Assembly: GCA_030603385.1 (NCBI GenBank) | Contig: JAUVXW010000033.1 | Coordinates: 1-52,680 of the forward strand | Source: Promethearchaeota archaeon | GTDB taxonomy: Archaea; Asgardarchaeota; Lokiarchaeia; Sigyniarchaeales; SOKP01 | Reading direction: 5' to 3' | Length of the DNA stretch: 52,680 nucleotides | In this document: one piece after another, positions 47,854-52,680 of the stretch | Position numbering within the stretch: the first letter of the stretch is position 1 | Layout: every line of letters starts with the position of its first letter | Made by a program: the position numbers and the translations under genes | The notes under the pieces: generated by a model | What the model saw: the letters and a program-made list of their open reading frames with translations, nothing else | Database searches by the model: none | What the model was told of the DNA's origin: nothing

Positions 47854-50646
47854 TTATATATTTAGTTTTAATTCTTCAATTTCCGCTACTATTGGTATTA
47901 TTATCGCTACTAGATCTAATTTTAATTCTTCTGAGATTTTTCCTTTTCCTGCTAAAGCTATAACTTGTATCCATACATTATTTAATGCATTTTGTGCTGA
48001 TGTTAGCGATCTTTCTGTAGATTTATCCAATGAAATATCAAAAATAGCGTTCTCAAGCTTTTCTGCTGTCAATGTAATTGCATTCACTAGATTTTCTGAA
48101 TCTGCTGCTGGGATATTTTTTTCAACAAAATCCCTTAAATTGTATACATCAACCTCTACAAGTGAAATGTCATGACTAAACACGCTAATACCTAGTCCCA
48201 TTAACTCAACGATTCTATTGCGAACATCACGGATACACTCCTTTAGATGGTCAAAATGTACTTGACTCATAGATTGTTTATTGATCATTAACTCTGTCTT
48301 GGTGTCAGCAATTTCTAATTTAATCTCAGCCATTTTTTGTCTTACTAATCCTGTATGAAGATAGCCATCTTGAATCAATTGATATGCTTCCCATAATAAT
48401 GATTGAATTTTGACTAGTTTCTGAGTCACAACTCCGTAGAGAGCTACGATATCATTATCATAAATATAGTTATTCATCTCTTCACATAACCACATAACAT
48501 ACTGGTACATCAAATCTAAAGTTATCTCAAATTGCCAACAAATCATGGTTAATAAGCTATCTGAAGGTCTATCATCATCTGCATCCATAAGATAAATTAT
48601 AATTTCATAACTACCAGGCATCCATATCCAATCATTAGGAAAGGAGAGGTCAAACGCAGTTTCATATGACGGAGAACTACCGGTATATCTTTGTTTACCA
48701 TCCAAATAGACACTAATATTGCTTAATCCTTCATCACCATCACCAAGAAGTTGAAGGTCGTCTATAGCAGTAAAACTTATGTTTACCCAAAGATGATCAA
48801 CGGTTGTCATTAAATTTTCAATGTAAGGCTTATCAATATCATCATCAACTATTTGTTGTGAAAGTACTAGAGTTGTGGTTGAATTATCACCTGGTCTATC
48901 ATTATCATCATCTGTAGCAACAATGGGGATCTCATGAGTTCCTAGACTATTTGGTACTGGATAGGTTCCAGTAGGATCAACAGAAAGCCCAGATGGATCC
49001 GAAGCGGTCACTTCAAAGGCTCCAGAATTCCCATCAGTTCCATCTCCTGTGTATGGATAATCAATGTCAGGTCCTAATATATCATCATCTACCACTTCAA
49101 ATTCTTTTGTTGTCGTATATTCCATTCGATCTTCACCCCAACCATCGTTATCATTATCCCATACATGAATATCTACACTATAAGTATCTGGTTCTATAGG
49201 ATTTGGTATTCTTATACGAAATTCACCTTCAGGACTGTCAAAATATGGAGTATATTTTGTACCTTCGAACATAGCATAAACACTGCTAAATCCAGACGGA
49301 TCAGTTGCACTTATAATTATTTCAAGATGAGCATCACAGTCCATAATCACCCAATCATTGAGAAATTGAACGTCAGGCTCGGTTGTATCATCGTCAATTA
49401 CAGTAAAAGTAACTTCATGTGATGCTGACAACCGATCACCAGCCCATCCGTCATTATCTTTATCCCAAACTTTTAAAGTTAATGTATGTGTTCCTGGTTC
49501 ATAATTATTTGGTATGTCATATTTATACCAATAAGCATAGATATCATCCTCAAGTATGCCACCCCATTCTATTAATTCATCTTGTTCTGAAAGGTATTCA
49601 CCGTTATACACATTAACTGAACCAAAAGTTATCGCATTATAAGGATGAGGATCACTAGTCCCCAAATCATAGGCACAAACCTCAAGTGGGAAAGTTGGCA
49701 TATTATCAAGTATAATTGGTGGTAGATCTATAGGATTAAACGGATAACCCGGAAGTATATTTTCGGTCGGAATTACCGGAGGATCTGGGTCATCATCGTA
49801 TATTTCCATATTTCTAGTAAGAAAATCATAACTATATACTATAGTTTCCCAGTAAAAGTGTCGATAATATTTGCAAAGCTTATAATATTCTATCAATCCA
49901 AGCGGTCCCCACTCCCATACATCAAATGTATCATGTGCCCATAAAACTTGAATTACGATATTTATAGGTCCTGGATTATGATTCGGTTCGAGCGGATTAT
50001 CCCATTCAAAATTATAGAACTTTATTATTGGGTCTTGTTGTCCATCGTGTGTCCACTTTTTTCTTTCCCCCATAAAACTCTCCTTCGGATCCAAAGAATC
50101 ATCAAAAGGTACTTCTGTATAAGGTTCGTCATCTGCAGGTATACACCATCTAAAAGAACCTCTTTTTTTGTGGGAACTTCCATCGTGAAATTTATCTCCG
50201 TCATCAGTGTCTGCTTCTCTATTATAATCAATATAAGCATATACTCTAAAAACATGTTCCCAATTCAGAAAATTATTCGTTACTGAAAAAGAGGCTTTAA
50301 AATAATTATCAGACCACTGTTCAAGAAGGGGCGTTGTAATCAACGGTGTATTATGTAATTCTAAAAATAATTGGTCTTTTTGTTCGTCACTATATGTACC
50401 ATTAGCCCAACCTTGATATACCCTTGCTTCTTGATTTAAAGAATTAATATTTTCTTCATCCAGTGTATCAATGTCTTCTAAAGCCAGATTATAACGGCTT
50501 AAAAGGAATTCTCTCCATTCTTCATAAGTATAAGGCATATCTGATGATATTGCTAATCCTTGATTGTTTATTGAAAGCGGTAAGTAAAGCATTGGAAATG
50601 TAAGAATCAAAATTAGTCCAAGTGATATATATTTTTTTATATTCAA
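47854..50646 (-). CDS. Large secreted acidic protein with four Ig-like, putative Ca-binding repeats and a helical C-terminal domain
   Basis: GGTGA RBS and signal peptide; DDDxxxP at repeat starts, DxDxDxxxxD loops. Confidence 0.8.
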   Translation of the reverse strand: MNIKKYISLGLILILTFPMLYLPLSINNQGLAISSDMPYTYEEWREFLLSRYNLALEDIDTLDEENINSLNQEARVYQGWANGTYSDEQKDQLFLELHNTPLITTPLLEQWSDNYFKASFSVTNNFLNWEHVFRVYAYIDYNREADTDDGDKFHDGSSHKKRGSFRWCIPADDEPYTEVPFDDSLDPKESFMGERKKWTHDGQQDPIIKFYNFEWDNPLEPNHNPGPINIVIQVLWAHDTFDVWEWGPLGLIEYYKLCKYYRHFYWETIVYSYDFLTRNMEIYDDDPDPPVIPTENILPGYPFNPIDLPPIILDNMPTFPLEVCAYDLGTSDPHPYNAITFGSVNVYNGEYLSEQDELIEWGGILEDDIYAYWYKYDIPNNYEPGTHTLTLKVWDKDNDGWAGDRLSASHEVTFTVIDDDTTEPDVQFLNDWVIMDCDAHLEIIISATDPSGFSSVYAMFEGTKYTPYFDSPEGEFRIRIPNPIEPDTYSVDIHVWDNDNDGWGEDRMEYTTTKEFEVVDDDILGPDIDYPYTGDGTDGNSGAFEVTASDPSGLSVDPTGTYPVPNSLGTHEIPIVATDDDNDRPGDNSTTTLVLSQQIVDDDIDKPYIENLMTTVDHLWVNISFTAIDDLQLLGDGDEGLSNISVYLDGKQRYTGSSPSYETAFDLSFPNDWIWMPGSYEIIIYLMDADDDRPSDSLLTMICWQFEITLDLMYQYVMWLCEEMNNYIYDNDIVALYGVVTQKLVKIQSLLWEAYQLIQDGYLHTGLVRQKMAEIKLEIADTKTELMINKQSMSQVHFDHLKECIRDVRNRIVELMGLGISVFSHDISLVEVDVYNLRDFVEKNIPAADSENLVNAITLTAEKLENAIFDISLDKSTERSLTSAQNALNNVWIQVIALAGKGKISEELKLDLVAIIIPIVAEIEELKLNI

Positions 50647-51197
50647 TTTTTTTCACCCTATAAATTAGTGTTTTTTTTTAGTTAAAATTTTTTAAAATTT
50701 TTATGTTACATTTTAATAGATTGCCTTTTATGTAATTTAAATCTATGTGGAATAATATTGAAATAGTAATCCTCAATTATTTGTTCAACTAATAACTTTA
50801 CACGATCTACACACCATAAACATTATAATTTACTTTATAATTAATCAAGATTATCTTTATCTCTTAAGGGATAACTTATTAGTTCAAGATAATTTTAAGA
50901 AGGGAGAAATGTAGTTTACCTTTTTATAGATCTCTGACAAGTATTTCACATTTATTCTAGACGATTTTTTATCATAAACTGGATATTTTAAAATGGTATT
51001 AGAAACTATAATGAATTCACTCGAGTTTAAACACAAAATTATAGTGTGATCCAAACTAATAAAAAAACGTTCTTAATTTAATTTAACTTAAACATATAAT
51101 TCATTCTCATATAAATTTCTAAAAGAGTAGCATATAATTTAATAAATATATTTACTATATTTTAGTTAATATTACACTTTAAATTTCGGGCGATTTT

Positions 51198-51878
51198 TTG
51201 AATGATCATCATTTAGATAGAGAAGAGGCTGAAGTATATAATCTTGTAAAAGAGTATTTAAAAAAGAAACCATTCTTCTCAATTCTAGATATAATAGGTT
51301 ATTTAAATTATTATTTAAGAAAAAATAAGACTATAAATAAAGATAAAATAGAAGAAATTTTAAAAACTTTAATTGAAAAGAATCTAATTATACCTGGAGC
51401 AAAACTGGTAAAAGAAAATATATTTGAAAATCCCAGAAGGAAAAAGATTTATGAATATATATGTGATAATCCCGGCTGTAATATAAATGATATAATGAAT
51501 ATATTACAATTTGGAAGTAACCAAGTTCTATGGCATTTAAAATTTTTAACAAAATTTCAGTTTATAAGAAAAGTTGAATTTGATAACCAAAAGACATTTT
51601 TTAAATTTCAATTGAATGAGTATTATGACAAGTTATTTTATTATTTAAGGAATGAGAGTATTATAAAAATACTTAAATTGTTGAAATCTTCAAAAGAGGG
51701 TATAAATCCTACAAAAATCTCAAAACTTTTAAAAATGCATTATTATACTCTCAAGAAGTATTTAAATGTTTTATCTCGTTTGAACTTAATACTATTAGAT
51801 TATGGTGAAAACTCTTACAATTTAAATCATGATGTCTATTACAAAATCCTTGGAGATTTAAAAAACATGTTAGATTAA
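51198..51878 (+). CDS. Multi winged-HTH transcriptional regulator (soluble relative of 39229-39930)
   Basis: IFENPRRKKIYEYI..NPG…QVLWHL; second wHTH GINPTKISK…KKYL. Confidence 0.8.
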   Translation: MNDHHLDREEAEVYNLVKEYLKKKPFFSILDIIGYLNYYLRKNKTINKDKIEEILKTLIEKNLIIPGAKLVKENIFENPRRKKIYEYICDNPGCNINDIMNILQFGSNQVLWHLKFLTKFQFIRKVEFDNQKTFFKFQLNEYYDKLFYYLRNESIIKILKLLKSSKEGINPTKISKLLKMHYYTLKKYLNVLSRLNLILLDYGENSYNLNHDVYYKILGDLKNMLD

Positions 51879-52030
51879 AAACTTGAAACAACTTCAAATT
51901 TCATTGCATTTTTATTAGTTAAATTTGTAAAAGGGAATTTCGATTTTGTTCCAGATTGTTTTTTATTTTAAATAAATATACTATTCAATAGAAATTATAA
52001 ATTAAAAACTTAGACTGCATATATAACAAT

Positions 52031-52680
52031 ATGAAATCAAAAAGTAGAATTAATTTAGTAATTATCTTTTTAATAATCTTTATTCCGTTTTTTTATTTGA
52101 GTCATGTATTGTTAATCCAAAATAATTCCTTTTATTCACAGAAAGAAATGAATAAAGTAAAACCACATCCTAATACGTCAAATTCCAACGACTTATGGAG
52201 CTTTTCAGCTGAGGAAAGCGTCACTTCAGTATCCATTTCCGCAGATGGAAATTGGATTGTAGCAGGTAGTACAGATAAAAAAATATATTTATTTGAAAAA
52301 TTTGATCCTACTCCATATTGGGAATATGCCACTGATGGGATGATTACATCAGTATCAATTTCCTCAGACGGAAATTATATTGTAGCGGGTAGTACAGATA
52401 AAAAAATATATTTATTTAATAAATCAAGCCCCACTCCACTATGGGATTATTCAATAGGAGGACATGTAAGATCAGTTGCAATTTCCTTTAGTGGAAATTA
52501 CATAGTTGTGGGAACTAATGGTGACAGAATACTCTTCTTCAATAAATTAAACTCAACTCCATTGTGGCAATATGTTACTGATGGGATAGTTACATCAGTA
52601 TCAATTTCCTCAGACGGAAATTGGATTGTAGCAGGTAGTACAGATAAAAAAATATATTTATTTGAAAAATTTGATCCTAC
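52031..52680 (+). CDS. Secreted WD40/PQQ-like beta-propeller protein, truncated by the right edge (absent from the ORF track)
   Basis: MKSKSRINLVIIFLIIFIPFFYL signal; 41-aa repeats VTSVSISxDGNWIVAGSTDKKIYLFEKFDPTPxW; frame open to the end. Confidence 0.9.
   Translation, partial: MKSKSRINLVIIFLIIFIPFFYLSHVLLIQNNSFYSQKEMNKVKPHPNTSNSNDLWSFSAEESVTSVSISADGNWIVAGSTDKKIYLFEKFDPTPYWEYATDGMITSVSISSDGNYIVAGSTDKKIYLFNKSSPTPLWDYSIGGHVRSVAISFSGNYIVVGTNGDRILFFNKLNSTPLWQYVTDGIVTSVSISSDGNWIVAGSTDKKIYLFEKFDP
52195..52680. repeat. 123-bp intragenic tandem repeat (at least 4 copies)
   Basis: GGAAATTGGATTGTAGCAGGTAGTACAGATAAAAAAATATATTTATTTGAAAAATTTGATCCTAC is identical at 52247 and 52616 (3x123 apart). Confidence 0.92.

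Noticed and set aside
411-52332. Numerous short antisense or alternate-frame ORFs in the track (e.g. 411-650, 8468-9025, 34974-35450, 40967-41425, 52132-52332)
   Set aside because: They are shadows of well-supported genes on the opposite strand or frame and carry no motifs

Overview
AT-rich archaeal chromosomal segment. It most likely comes from a Lokiarchaeia/Promethearchaeota (Asgard) genome; this is inferred from a Loki-CTERM-like 'IPGY'+TM+basic anchor, many LVIVD/propeller surface proteins, HVO_0163-like double wHTH regulators and several orphan ADP-forming acyl-CoA ligase alpha subunits. The window holds about 45 CDS. Metabolic genes cover amino-acid and acyl-CoA fermentation: iorBA, two acyl-CoA ligases, an acyl-CoA dehydrogenase with EtfBA, a B12 acyl-CoA mutase with MeaB, ilvD and purU. 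It also contains a MoxR-AAA/vWA pair, two toxin-antitoxin modules (vapBC, and HEPN-MNT with a nonsense-disrupted HEPN), a frameshifted MFS transporter and several large secreted repeat proteins. The most notable observations are: (1) a stand-alone 76-aa protein that aligns by eye with ubiquitin but lacks the di-Gly tail; (2) an acyl-CoA mutase whose specificity residues match neither MCM nor ICM; (3) a ~2.7-kb islet bounded by a duplicated 3' end of the MNT gene; (4) a truncated ACS-beta-like/CooC/UroD-family/IlvD operon; (5) an HExxH-vWA/AAA pair with a non-canonical Walker B; and (6) a long hairpin in a 900-bp intergenic gap. No rRNA, tRNA, CRISPR array, transposase or integrase was recognised. 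All family calls come from motif recognition by eye, not from database searches.
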